64,000 nt of DNA from an uncultured archaeon (GTDB lineage Archaea; Aenigmatarchaeota; Aenigmatarchaeia; QMZP01; JACQNV01): positions 4,955 through 68,954 of the forward strand of contig CAZVWU010000006.1 in NCBI GenBank assembly GCA_964631205.1, read 5' to 3'. Of the stretch, positions 38,469 to 47,462 are shown in pieces. Under the pieces are notes generated by a model. The model had not been told where the DNA came from and did no database searches. It was given only the letters and a program-made list of their open reading frames with translations. The stretch's first letter is position 1. Each line of letters begins with the position of its first letter. The translations under genes and the position numbers were made by a program.

Positions 38469-41400
38469 GTGGCTATGATTACCAAGATTCAGAAAAGGGA
38501 TGGCAGGATTGTTGATTTTGACAAGGCGAAAATTGCGGATGCTATTTTTAATGCGGCAAAGGCTGTTGGCGGCAGCGACCGTTCGAAAGCAGAGAGGTTG
38601 GCTGAGCAGGTTGTTGTGCTTCTCCACAACAAAGGGTTTGGGTTTGAGAAGATCCCGGATGTTGAAACTCTTCAAGATTCTGTTGAGAAAGTTTTGATAG
38701 AAAACGGGCATGCAAGGACTGCGAAGGCGTATATTTTGTATAGGGAAGAAAGGTCGCGTGCAAGGTTCGAAAGGCAGAAGATAAGGAAAGAATCAAAGGT
38801 CATAGAAGAGATAAAGGAGCGGATTGAAGGGCCTGCTGACGATCCTCTTGAGATGATGTTCCGCCACAAGAGCAAGATGGCAAAGCTGATTTCGCAGAAA
38901 ACGCTGAACACATACAAAGAGCTTCTTTTCATGCTGAGGAAGATGCAGAAGAACAGGGAGATCCCGACGCATCCTGAAAACTCTTACCTCGGCGACAATG
39001 TGCTGGCAAAGGATATTTACTTAAGGAAATATTATGTGAAGGATTTGGATGGCAAGCCGATAGAGACAAGGCCGGAAGAAGTGTTTGCAAGGCTTGCGGC
39101 ATTTATGGCGGCTGTTGAAGATGCCGAGGAGAAAAGGGTCGCTTATGCAGTGAAGTTTTACAGGCATCTCTATGAAGGGCATTTCCTCCCAGGCGGACGT
39201 GTTATAGCTGGCGCAGGCGACCTTTACAGGCTGAAAACTCTGGCCAACTGTTTTGTTTCAATGATAGAGTCTGACAATATGGAGTCGATTTACAAGACTG
39301 CATACGAGTGCGCAAGGACATATTCCTATGGCGGCGGGATTGGGGTTGACATGTCAACTTTAAGGCCAAGGAATTCTGTTGTCCATAATGCGTCTGATTT
39401 CTCGACCGGATCAGTCTCCTTCATGGAATTATATTCGCTTACAACAGGCCTGATCGGGCAGTCAGGAAGACGAGGCGCGCTAATGCTGACTCTGGATGTA
39501 AAGCATCCTGATGTTTTCAATTTCATCAAAATAAAACAGGACTCGAATTGGGTCACAAGGCAGATAGTTGACCAGTGCAGCTGGTCTGGCATGTTTGACA
39601 AGGTCCAGCTTTCTGAAGTTGAAAGGCAGGTAAGGGAAAACACCCAGGTAAGGTTTGCCAACATCAGCCTCAAGGTTTGCGATGAGTTCATGAATGCAGT
39701 GGAGGAGCAGGCGAAATACAGCCAGAACACAATCCTTGTTTACAGGAGGCTGAAAGACGACACACCTGAAAAAACAAAGCAGGGCGAGATAAGGTATTCG
39801 ATTGGCATACCTTCAAAAGACCTTAATAATTATCAGATTGCTTACAAGGCTGAAAATATTGGCGACCTGAATTTGTTTTTAAAGGAGTATGGGAAGACTG
39901 TCGCGGAAGAGGAATTGAAGGATTTGAAGAACAGGACAATCTTCGGGGATTATATTGTGAAGGCTGCTGACGGGAAGGATCTCGCAATACATTATGCAGG
40001 GGATTTCATACTCTATTTCAATTCAGACCAGACAGGCGAAGTCAAAAAGCTTGTCAAGGCGCGGGAGATATGGAACCAGTTTGTCGCAAGCAATTACAAG
40101 ACAGCTGAGCCCGGCCTTATATTCTGGTCAAGGATGACAAAATATTCCCCGACAAATTACATTGGAAGGCCGATAATTTCGACGAACCCTTGTGGTGAGA
40201 TTCCTTTGCAAGACGGCGGCGCATGCAATTTGGGAAGTGTGAATTTGTCAAGGTTTGTAAATAATGGCTATACAAAGGGGGCTGAGGTTGATTGGGAAAG
40301 GCTGAGGACAGCTGTCCATGAGTTCACGAGATTTTTGGACAATACAATAACATGGAATGAGCAGCTTAATCCGCTTGAGAAGCAGCGGATTGCAACAGGC
40401 GAGACAAGGAGGCTTGGCCTTGGTGTGATGGGGATTGCTGACATGATGAACCAGCTTGGAATTGGGTATGACAGCGAGGAAGCTTTGGAGCTTCTTGAAA
40501 AGGTAATGAAGTTTATTGCAAATGAGTCTTACCGGTCATCTGCTGCGCTGGCAAAGGAGAAGGCGCCTGCGCCTTTGTGGGATTATCAGGCATATTCAAT
40601 GGGGCCTTTTTTCAGGGAATCCCTGACAGAGGATGTGAAAGATTTGATAAAGGACAACGGGCTGAGGAACCTTGCTATCCTGACAATAGCGCCTACTGGG
40701 ACCCTGTCCAATATAGTTTTAGGGTTTGTCAATGGGGTAAGGCATTATGCAGGCGTAAGCTCAGGCGTTGAGCCTGTATTTGCGTTATACTACAGGAGAA
40801 GATCGGAGACCCTTAACAAGGAAGAGAGCAGCAAGTTCTACACTGTTTTCCATCCAATTGTCGAGGCTTATGTTGAGATGGCAGGCCTCAAAGATTCGCT
40901 TGCGGACATCGAGGATTTGGAAGAGATGAGGAAAGTCCTGCCTGAGCATTTTTTCAGGACAGCGCATTTTATCGACCCTATGAAAAGGGTGCAGATTCAG
41001 GGGATCTGCCAGAAATACATAGACCATAGCATCTCTTCAACTGTCAACTTGCCTGAAAGCATAAAGCCTGATATTGTGTCGCAGATTTATTTTGAGGCGT
41101 GGAAAAAAGGTCTGAAGGGGATAACAATTTACAGGGACGGCAGCAGGTATCCGATACTTAGCGTTGCGACACAGCAGTCTGAATTCCAGAAAATGAAATC
41201 AAAGCCTTTCAAGGTAGTCACAGCTTCAGGCGAGCTTTTCGTAAAAGGGGATGAGGTGTTTGCAATGGACGATGGATCTCTAAGCACAGTCTTCCATTCG
41301 CTTGAGATGAACCATCCTGTGGAAATCATACATTTGGATCCAATCACACTGGAGCCTATTGGAAGCAACCTTGACAAATTTTTCACCCAGCAAAAACAGG

Positions 41401-41474
41401 GGACTTCCTCAGACCCGGCAATCTGCAAAATCGAGCTGAAGGACGGGAAGGTTGTGAAGACGTGCGAGGAATAG
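38469..41474 (+). CDS. nrdJ: Class II (B12-dependent) ribonucleotide reductase, ATP cone, with insertions
   Basis: IQKRDG ATP cone, LANCFV, RRGALM, TNPCGE, CNLGS, IAPTGT, SISST, GLKGITIYRDGSR. Confidence 0.88.
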   Translation: MAMITKIQKRDGRIVDFDKAKIADAIFNAAKAVGGSDRSKAERLAEQVVVLLHNKGFGFEKIPDVETLQDSVEKVLIENGHARTAKAYILYREERSRARFERQKIRKESKVIEEIKERIEGPADDPLEMMFRHKSKMAKLISQKTLNTYKELLFMLRKMQKNREIPTHPENSYLGDNVLAKDIYLRKYYVKDLDGKPIETRPEEVFARLAAFMAAVEDAEEKRVAYAVKFYRHLYEGHFLPGGRVIAGAGDLYRLKTLANCFVSMIESDNMESIYKTAYECARTYSYGGGIGVDMSTLRPRNSVVHNASDFSTGSVSFMELYSLTTGLIGQSGRRGALMLTLDVKHPDVFNFIKIKQDSNWVTRQIVDQCSWSGMFDKVQLSEVERQVRENTQVRFANISLKVCDEFMNAVEEQAKYSQNTILVYRRLKDDTPEKTKQGEIRYSIGIPSKDLNNYQIAYKAENIGDLNLFLKEYGKTVAEEELKDLKNRTIFGDYIVKAADGKDLAIHYAGDFILYFNSDQTGEVKKLVKAREIWNQFVASNYKTAEPGLIFWSRMTKYSPTNYIGRPIISTNPCGEIPLQDGGACNLGSVNLSRFVNNGYTKGAEVDWERLRTAVHEFTRFLDNTITWNEQLNPLEKQRIATGETRRLGLGVMGIADMMNQLGIGYDSEEALELLEKVMKFIANESYRSSAALAKEKAPAPLWDYQAYSMGPFFRESLTEDVKDLIKDNGLRNLAILTIAPTGTLSNIVLGFVNGVRHYAGVSSGVEPVFALYYRRRSETLNKEESSKFYTVFHPIVEAYVEMAGLKDSLADIEDLEEMRKVLPEHFFRTAHFIDPMKRVQIQGICQKYIDHSISSTVNLPESIKPDIVSQIYFEAWKKGLKGITIYRDGSRYPILSVATQQSEFQKMKSKPFKVVTASGELFVKGDEVFAMDDGSLSTVFHSLEMNHPVEIIHLDPITLEPIGSNLDKFFTQQKQGTSSDPAICKIELKDGKVVKTCEE

Positions 41475-41521
41475 GATTATAAGGTTCTCTTTCTTGTTGT
41501 TGGAAAACTTATCTCGCTTAA

Positions 41522-41677
41522 TTAATCCAATTGGACAAACCTGTCTCCTTCTTTCCTTACCACCATTTCTGCACCATATCGTCTTCTAATATCTTTATAA
41601 ATTGTTTCAGGAAGGTCCCACGTTTCCTGTTCAGCTTCACGACCCAAATTGCGCCATTGCCCTTGACAGAGTCGCAT
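41522..41677 (-). CDS. Possible 51-aa ORF starting inside site 1
   Basis: MRLCQGQWRNLGREAEQETWDLPETIYKDIRRRYGAEMVVRKEGDRFVQLD*; below ORF-track cutoff. Confidence 0.3.
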   Translation of the reverse strand: MRLCQGQWRNLGREAEQETWDLPETIYKDIRRRYGAEMVVRKEGDRFVQLD

Positions 41678-41695
41678 AACACACTTATGTGCAAT
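41669..41695 (+). other. dif/Xer-like site 1: GAGTCGCATAA-CACAC-TTATGTGCAAT
   Basis: Resembles E. coli dif (GGTGCGCATAA-TGTATA-TTATGTTAAAT) but with a 5-bp spacer. Confidence 0.65.
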
Positions 41696-41709
41696 ATTAC
41701 TCGGGCTTG

Positions 41710-42258
41710 CTAAGAAATGTGCGCAAAAATATCACTTAATTTTTTGATGGTTCTCTTTACATGTGTCCTCATTGGCTCGTATTCTGATTCAATTAGCAAA
41801 GCATCCACTCCTACATCTTCTGCAGATCGGTAATCCCACTTGTAACTGTCTCCCACCATCAGCGCTTTTGATTTTGGTATTTTTTTCTGTTTCAAAATCT
41901 TTAAAATAAGTTCTCCTTTCGACCTGGGGTCTACTCTTGTTGCATGGATTTCATCAAACAATTTTTCTAATCCAAAGTGTTTTATTTTGTGTTTGATGAT
42001 TGCATCTGCTTCTTTTGGTGGATGCGGGTGGGTCGAAAGAACTATGGTAATTATTCCAATTAGTTTTAGTTTCTTTAGTGTTGACAGCGCTGATGGTGTC
42101 ATGATAAGATGATTTGTATGATTTTTGAACCTGCGATCTTTGTAAAGCCAAACTGGATGCTTTGCATACTTTGTTTTCTGTGGATACCAAAGAGTTCCAT
42201 CACCATCAAAAAATATTATTTTCTTTTTCATGTTTATCATATTGATATTTTTGCGCAT
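41710..42258 (-). CDS. HAD-superfamily hydrolase (cassette 1 cargo)
   Basis: FFDGDGTLW, LST, K, MVGDSYKWD. Confidence 0.8.
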   Translation of the reverse strand: MRKNINMINMKKKIIFFDGDGTLWYPQKTKYAKHPVWLYKDRRFKNHTNHLIMTPSALSTLKKLKLIGIITIVLSTHPHPPKEADAIIKHKIKHFGLEKLFDEIHATRVDPRSKGELILKILKQKKIPKSKALMVGDSYKWDYRSAEDVGVDALLIESEYEPMRTHVKRTIKKLSDIFAHIS

Positions 42259-42327
42259 TGATAAATTTAACGCAAGCCCTGCGTCATACTGTGCCTACGC
42301 TTCGCTTCGGCATTTTTTCTTGCAGAA

Positions 42328-42355
42328 AAAACACATAACAGCGATTAAATGCAAT
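42328..42355 (+). other. dif/Xer-like site 2: AAAACACATAA-CAGCGA-TTAAATGCAAT
   Basis: 11-6-11 TAA-N6-TTA architecture. Confidence 0.65.
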
Positions 42356-42427
42356 CGCTGGCTCGCTAACTAATGCAAAGAAATCTAAGAAAATATTAAA
42401 AGGCTGGGCGTCTTAAAAGAAAACAAT

Positions 42428-42817
42428 TTATTTCCTTCTTTGTTCAATATAACGCCTTGCACCTTCACTTCCTTCTTGTGATGCAATTTGTCCTGCTTTG
42501 AAAGCATCTTCTGGAGAAACTGAGAACATATCTCTTCCGAAAATTGGATGACTTACATCAGGAAGAGCTCCAAACCATTTATCAGCAGTTGCTTTATCAT
42601 AATATCCAACAATATATCCTATGTTGCTATTTGCACATGCTTCTGGATTTGCTCTTACATTTTCAGAATCTCCGTGTTGTCTGAGATATCCAACATATTC
42701 TTGATAGAATTGTATCATTTCTGTTGGGTCTCTTAATGTTTCAACTGCTGTAAACACAGGGTTTCTTCCAGGTTTTGCTTTTTCAAGCCTTTCTAATAGA
42801 CTCATTTTGTATGCCAT
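42428..42817 (-). CDS. Hypothetical protein (cassette 2 cargo)
   Basis: 129-aa ORF with its own TTTATAAA box at ~42839..42846. Confidence 0.7.
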   Translation of the reverse strand: MAYKMSLLERLEKAKPGRNPVFTAVETLRDPTEMIQFYQEYVGYLRQHGDSENVRANPEACANSNIGYIVGYYDKATADKWFGALPDVSHPIFGRDMFSVSPEDAFKAGQIASQEGSEGARRYIEQRRK

Positions 42818-42972
42818 ACATTTAGTAGTAGGTTAAGCTTTATAAAGCTTTCGGTTGTTCACTACTCTTACGATACGATGCCCCGCCCTAAAACGAACGC
42901 TCGCCAGCGACTTCTTCGTCGGGCTTCGCCCTCCTCGACCACGTTGCACTCTCCTCAGCCTTCGGCTTCTTC

Positions 42973-43000
42973 GGGGCATTTAACAGGCATTAGTCGACAT
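42973..43000 (+). other. dif/Xer-like site 3: GGGGCATTTAA-CAGGCA-TTAGTCGACAT
   Basis: 11-6-11 TAA-N6-TTA architecture. Confidence 0.65.
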
Positions 43001-43016
43001 AAGCCTCCTAAAGGGC

Positions 43017-43274
43017 TCACAATCCTTTGTATATTCTTGAGCGGTGATCTACAACAAGAATTTCCAATGCTTTGGTTTTCTGATCGACGTCTATGAGAAC
43101 ACGCCAATCACCGACTCGCAGTTTGTACATCTTAAGATTTGGATAGTAATCCAAATAAATTAATGGGTCATCTTTGATGCTGTCTACCTTTTTGACAATT
43201 CGGCTAGAAACAGTAGGGTCACATTTGCGAAGAAATTCTTGGGTTCTTGGATGCCATTTAATCGTGTATGTCAT
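43017..43274 (-). CDS. relE: RelE/ParE-family toxin (cassette 3 cargo)
   Basis: YTIKW...RIVKKV..IKDDP...YKLRVGDWRVL...VDHRSRIY. Confidence 0.85.
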   Translation of the reverse strand: MTYTIKWHPRTQEFLRKCDPTVSSRIVKKVDSIKDDPLIYLDYYPNLKMYKLRVGDWRVLIDVDQKTKALEILVVDHRSRIYKGL

Positions 43275-43277
43275 CTG

Positions 43278-43478
43278 TTATTTTGCAAACTCCTTCATCA
43301 TTTCTTCATGTGCGACAAACTTTGTTTTGATCTCTTTGCGGGCTTGTTTTATCTGTTCAATCGCTTCTTCTCTTAGCTCAGGTTCGTGGAGAAGAAGTTC
43401 CCTTATTTCATGCACGTCTTTTTTTACCTCTGCGACTTCCCTATGAAGCTGTTCCAATGTAGTTTGCATAATTTTCAC
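43278..43478 (-). CDS. Putative antitoxin of the RelE-type pair
   Basis: Small helical ORF directly upstream of the toxin, ending FVAHEEMMKEF. Confidence 0.7.
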   Translation of the reverse strand: MKIMQTTLEQLHREVAEVKKDVHEIRELLLHEPELREEAIEQIKQARKEIKTKFVAHEEMMKEFAK

Positions 43479-43562
43479 CTTTTTATAGTTGGTTTGGAGT
43501 ATTTAAAAGTTCGCCCTTTCTCCGGCTTAGCTCTGCTGAAACCCCTTAAAGAGATCCCATAG

Positions 43563-43590
43563 GTGTTGCATGACAGAGGAAAGAGGCAAT
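43563..43590 (+). other. Degenerate site 4: GTGTTGCATGA-CAGAGG-AAAGAGGCAAT
   Basis: Left arm matches site 1 left arm at 8/11; right arm ends GCAAT like sites 1 and 2. Confidence 0.5.
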
Positions 43591-43650
43591 TCTTAGTTAT
43601 TTGAACGGGATTTTATAAACCATTGAAGAATATTATAGTATGGCTAATTT

Positions 43651-45789
43651 ATGCCCAGCATAAAGCAGATCAGGAAAAGGGACGGGAGGATTGTAAAGTT
43701 TGAGAAATCGAAAATTACAGACGCTGTGCTGAAGGCGCTGACTGCGACTGGGGAACAGGACGGAATACTTGCAGACAGGTTGGCAGGCAAAGTTGTTGAG
43801 CATCTGGAAAGCCAGACTCCGAAAAACAGGATCCCGAATGTTGAGGAGATACAGGATATTGTTGAGCATGTGCTTATGTCTGAAGGGCACGCGAAGACTG
43901 CGAAAGCGTATATTTTGTACAGGAGAGAGAGGGCTAAGATAAGGGAGGCGAAAGCCCTTCTAGGTGTGCAGGATGACCTGAAGCTGACTATAAATGCGGC
44001 AAAGGTTCTGGAAAAAAGGTATTTGAAAAGGGATGGGGATGGCAAGGTTGCAGAAACCCCAAGCCAGATGTTCAGGAGGGTTGCGGACAATGTCGCAAAG
44101 GCAGATGAGTTTTATGGGGCAAAAAAAGAGGAGATAAAAAAAATTGCTGATGAGTTTTATGGCATCATGTCTAAACTAGAGTTCCTGCCAAATTCCCCCA
44201 CCCTGATGAATGCAGGGACTCCAATACAGCAGCTGTCTGCTTGCTATGTGATGCCTATAGAGGATTCCATTGCAGGGATTTTCGACACGCTAAAAAATAC
44301 AGCCCTGCTCCAGCAGACAGGCGCAGGCACTGGGTTTTCTTTTTCAAGGATAAGGCCAAGGGGGAGCCTTGTCAGGTCAACAGGCGGATCGTCGTCAGGC
44401 CCTGTTTCCTTCCTGAAAGTTTACAATTCTGTGACAGACGCAATAAAATCCGGTGGCAAGAGAAGGGGAGCGAACATGGGCATATTAAGGGTTGACCATC
44501 CTGACATAGTCGAGTTCATAATCTCAAAAGAAAAGGATGAGAGCCTTGCAAGCTTCAACATCTCTGTTGCAATTACGGATAAGTTTATGAAAGCTGTCCA
44601 GGAAAATAAAACTTATAATTTAATTGATCCCCATACAGGGGAGCTTGTAAATAAATTGGATGCTGGGAGAGTTTGGGACCTGCTTATGACAATGGCATGG
44701 AAGTCAGGAGATCCTGGGATTGTTTTCATTGACAGGATAAACCAGACAGAGTCAAACCCAACACCGAAGCTCGGGATGATAGAATCAACTAACCCGTGTG
44801 GTGAAACTCCATTATTGCCGTACGAGTCCTGCAATTTGGGTTCGATAAATCTTTCCAAGATGGTGAAGGAGGAAGCAGGCAAAAGCGCCGTAGACTGGGA
44901 TAAAATAAAGGATGTTGTCTGGAAGGCCGTCCATTTTCTGGATAATGTGATCGACATGAACAAATACCTTATGCCGGATATTGAGAGCATCACAAAGGCT
45001 AACAGGAAAATAGGGCTGGGTGTGATGGGATTTGCAGATCTGCTTATAGAGCTCTGGATTCCTTACAATTCTGAGGAGGCTGTGAAAATAGCTGAAAAAG
45101 TGATGAAGTTTATAGACGAGGAGTCTAAAAATGCGTCAGCTGAATTGGCAAAGGGAAGGGGACAGTTCCCCAACTTCAGAAAAAGCATCTGGCCAAAGAA
45201 AGGGTTTAAAATGTTAAGGAACGCTGTGACAACAACAATTGCCCCAACAGGGACAATTTCAATCATCGCCGGCTGCTCTTCCAGCATAGAGCCGCTTTTT
45301 GCTGTCTCGTATGTCAGGAATATTCTCGACCAGACAGAGCTTCTGGAAGTGAACCCTATATTTGAAAAGGTTGCCAAGGAAAAGGGTTTCTATTCAGAAG
45401 AGCTTATGAGGCTTGTTGCAAGGCAAGGGTCTATACAGCATATAAAGGAAATTCCAGAAGATGTAAAGAAGATTTTTGTGACTGCCCATGACATAGGGCC
45501 TGAAGACCATGTGAACATACAGGCTGCTTTCCAGAAGCATATTGATCTGGGGGTTTCAAAAACAGTTAACTTCCCGAACGAGGCTACTGTTGAGGATGTT
45601 GAAAAGGTTTTCCTGATGGCGTACAAGAGCGGATGCAAAGGCATAACAATTTACAGGGACAGGAGCAAAAGCGAACAAGTCCTGAATATTGAACTGGTCA
45701 GGAGTAAGATCAGGCCAAGGATGAGGAGATTAAAAACCGGGAAAAACAAGCCTTCTGATTTATCTGCCAACAAGTGCGACGTGTGTTGA
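43651..45789 (+). CDS. nrdJ: Class II ribonucleotide reductase with ATP cone (second copy)
   Basis: IRKRDG, PNSPTLMNAG, LSACYV, RRGANM, TNPCGE, IAPTGT, KGITIYRD, terminal CxxC. Confidence 0.92.
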   Translation: MPSIKQIRKRDGRIVKFEKSKITDAVLKALTATGEQDGILADRLAGKVVEHLESQTPKNRIPNVEEIQDIVEHVLMSEGHAKTAKAYILYRRERAKIREAKALLGVQDDLKLTINAAKVLEKRYLKRDGDGKVAETPSQMFRRVADNVAKADEFYGAKKEEIKKIADEFYGIMSKLEFLPNSPTLMNAGTPIQQLSACYVMPIEDSIAGIFDTLKNTALLQQTGAGTGFSFSRIRPRGSLVRSTGGSSSGPVSFLKVYNSVTDAIKSGGKRRGANMGILRVDHPDIVEFIISKEKDESLASFNISVAITDKFMKAVQENKTYNLIDPHTGELVNKLDAGRVWDLLMTMAWKSGDPGIVFIDRINQTESNPTPKLGMIESTNPCGETPLLPYESCNLGSINLSKMVKEEAGKSAVDWDKIKDVVWKAVHFLDNVIDMNKYLMPDIESITKANRKIGLGVMGFADLLIELWIPYNSEEAVKIAEKVMKFIDEESKNASAELAKGRGQFPNFRKSIWPKKGFKMLRNAVTTTIAPTGTISIIAGCSSSIEPLFAVSYVRNILDQTELLEVNPIFEKVAKEKGFYSEELMRLVARQGSIQHIKEIPEDVKKIFVTAHDIGPEDHVNIQAAFQKHIDLGVSKTVNFPNEATVEDVEKVFLMAYKSGCKGITIYRDRSKSEQVLNIELVRSKIRPRMRRLKTGKNKPSDLSANKCDVC

Positions 45790-45793
45790 TTCT

Positions 45794-46369
45794 ATGAAAA
45801 CTGCGATTAAAGTTTACATAGCAGGCAAGGTCAATCCTAATTCAGTTTTTGGAACTCATAAATGGCGGGATAAATTCTGCGAAGTGCTATCAAAAAAATC
45901 TGGGTTTGAAATAATAAATTTGGATCCAACTAAACACGAAAAGGATTTTGATCTTGACGAAGGAAACGCAAAGCTTATTTTTGGACGAGATAGTTTCATG
46001 ATAAAGATATCTGATATGGTGGTGGTAAATCTTACAGACGATATCAGTGTTGGCGGCTCCCAGGAGATGTTGATAGCCAAATATTACAAAAAACCGCTTG
46101 TCGGGTTGGCTCCCAAAGGAGGGAAATTCAACAAGGAAGAAAAAGAAATTCTAGGCAGAACTTACAAAAACTGGGTACATCCATTTGTGGCAATCCCCTG
46201 CGATAAAGTCGTTGAAGATATTGATCAGTTGGCTTTTTTTATCAAAACTTTCTTTTCAGGCGAAAACGATACTAAAACAAAGAACATCTCTGTCATAGAC
46301 GATGCTGAGGCGTATTACAAGAAAAAACATTATAAAAAAGACAAGCAACTCCATGTAAAGGAGAAATAA
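45794..46369 (+). CDS. Nucleoside 2-deoxyribosyltransferase-like protein
   Basis: VYIAG, WR, RD..IK.SDMVV, SVGGSQEM.IA...KP. Confidence 0.6.
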   Translation: MKTAIKVYIAGKVNPNSVFGTHKWRDKFCEVLSKKSGFEIINLDPTKHEKDFDLDEGNAKLIFGRDSFMIKISDMVVVNLTDDISVGGSQEMLIAKYYKKPLVGLAPKGGKFNKEEKEILGRTYKNWVHPFVAIPCDKVVEDIDQLAFFIKTFFSGENDTKTKNISVIDDAEAYYKKKHYKKDKQLHVKEK

Positions 46370-46378
46370 CACTGTTAT
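46366..46378 (+). promoter_or_regulatory. Palindromic operator candidate ATAACACTGTTAT (copy 4)
   Basis: Upstream of the TrmB-family regulator gene. Confidence 0.55.
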
Positions 46379-46531
46379 TCCACATTTAGGCAAAAAGGAC
46401 ATCACCTTTAGGTGACAAAAAGCTTTATAAAGCTTACTGCCTTAACTTGTGCATGGGAAAATTGTTCCCAGCAGTAAGTGGTTACCCTGAATAAGTATTT
46501 AAATACAGGAATTTAATAATATTAAACGGTT

Positions 46532-47311
46532 ATGGTAGTTACAAATGAAGTGTTGGATGCGCTGAAAAGCATTGGTTTGAACCTTTACGAGAGGAAAATT
46601 TATGTCTCTCTTTTAGCCAAAGGCATAGCCACAGCCGGTGAAGTTTCAGGCATTGCAAAAGTCCCCAGATCACGTTCCTATGATATTCTTGAAAGCCTTG
46701 CTGACAAGGGGTTTGTTGTCTTGCAGCCAGCCAAGCCAATAAGGTATGTTGCTTTGGAACCGAGGGATGCTTTGGAAAGGATGAAGGTAACACTAGAAAG
46801 GAAGCACACTGAATTGCAGGAAAGAGTCGATAGGCTTGCAGCTTCTCCTATTTTGACTCAGCTTGAAGCTGTATACAAAGAAGGGTTAAGCCTTGTCCAG
46901 CCATTCGAGATGACAGGCACAATTAAAGGCAAGGATTCAGTAAACCAGCACCTTAGGTCTCTATTCAAGAAAGCAAAAGGCAGCATAACAATTGTCACAA
47001 CAAAAAATGGCCTCGCAGACCTTCATTCTTCGCAGCACACAATTCTAAAGAAAATCGCAAAGAAAGGGGTCAAGATAAAGATTTATGCCCCTTTGGACAA
47101 GGCATCTCCTGATTTTGGCGGGATTGCAGAGGTTAATCATATTGAACAGCCTGCAGGAAGGATATGCACAATAGACAACGACCATGTTGTCCTCGCTTTG
47201 ACAGACGACACCAAAACGCACACATCCCAGGACGTTGTTTTCTGGGCCCAATCTCCCCATGTCGTGAAAGATATAATGGAGCCTTTCTTCAACCAAGTTG
47301 TGAAGAAATAG
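46532..47311 (+). CDS. TrmB-family transcriptional regulator
   Basis: LKSIGLNLYERKIYVSLL...VPRSRSYDILESL..KGFV. Confidence 0.9.
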   Translation: MVVTNEVLDALKSIGLNLYERKIYVSLLAKGIATAGEVSGIAKVPRSRSYDILESLADKGFVVLQPAKPIRYVALEPRDALERMKVTLERKHTELQERVDRLAASPILTQLEAVYKEGLSLVQPFEMTGTIKGKDSVNQHLRSLFKKAKGSITIVTTKNGLADLHSSQHTILKKIAKKGVKIKIYAPLDKASPDFGGIAEVNHIEQPAGRICTIDNDHVVLALTDDTKTHTSQDVVFWAQSPHVVKDIMEPFFNQVVKK

Positions 47312-47462
47312 TACTTTTTCTTTCTATGCACTCTATCCAAAGAAAACCTACACTAAAAGAAAACATGCAATTGGTTTCAGATAATTTTTTCTTTAAGAGA
47401 TGAATTAGAAAAAACAATAAACTTATAAGCCTACTTGCTCCTAACTTAAAAACTATTGAAGT

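Larger units (their letters stand above)
41680..43573. mobile_element. Tandem array of three putative recombination cassettes (41680..42338, 42339..42983, 42984..43573)
   Basis: Four related sites in direct orientation; ends of each cassette mutually complementary; cargo all on the minus strand. Confidence 0.7.

Noticed and set aside
38469-41474. Intein in the long NrdJ
   Set aside because: No C..HN-C/S/T splice junctions or LAGLIDADG motifs in the inserts
42878-43096. 72-aa plus-strand ORF
   Set aside because: Runs through the GC-rich hairpin segment and antisense to relE; composition not protein-like
41669-43590. Canonical integron attC sites
   Set aside because: No contiguous RYYYAAC...GTTRRRY hairpin after each gene and no intI in the window; complementarity is split between cassette ends
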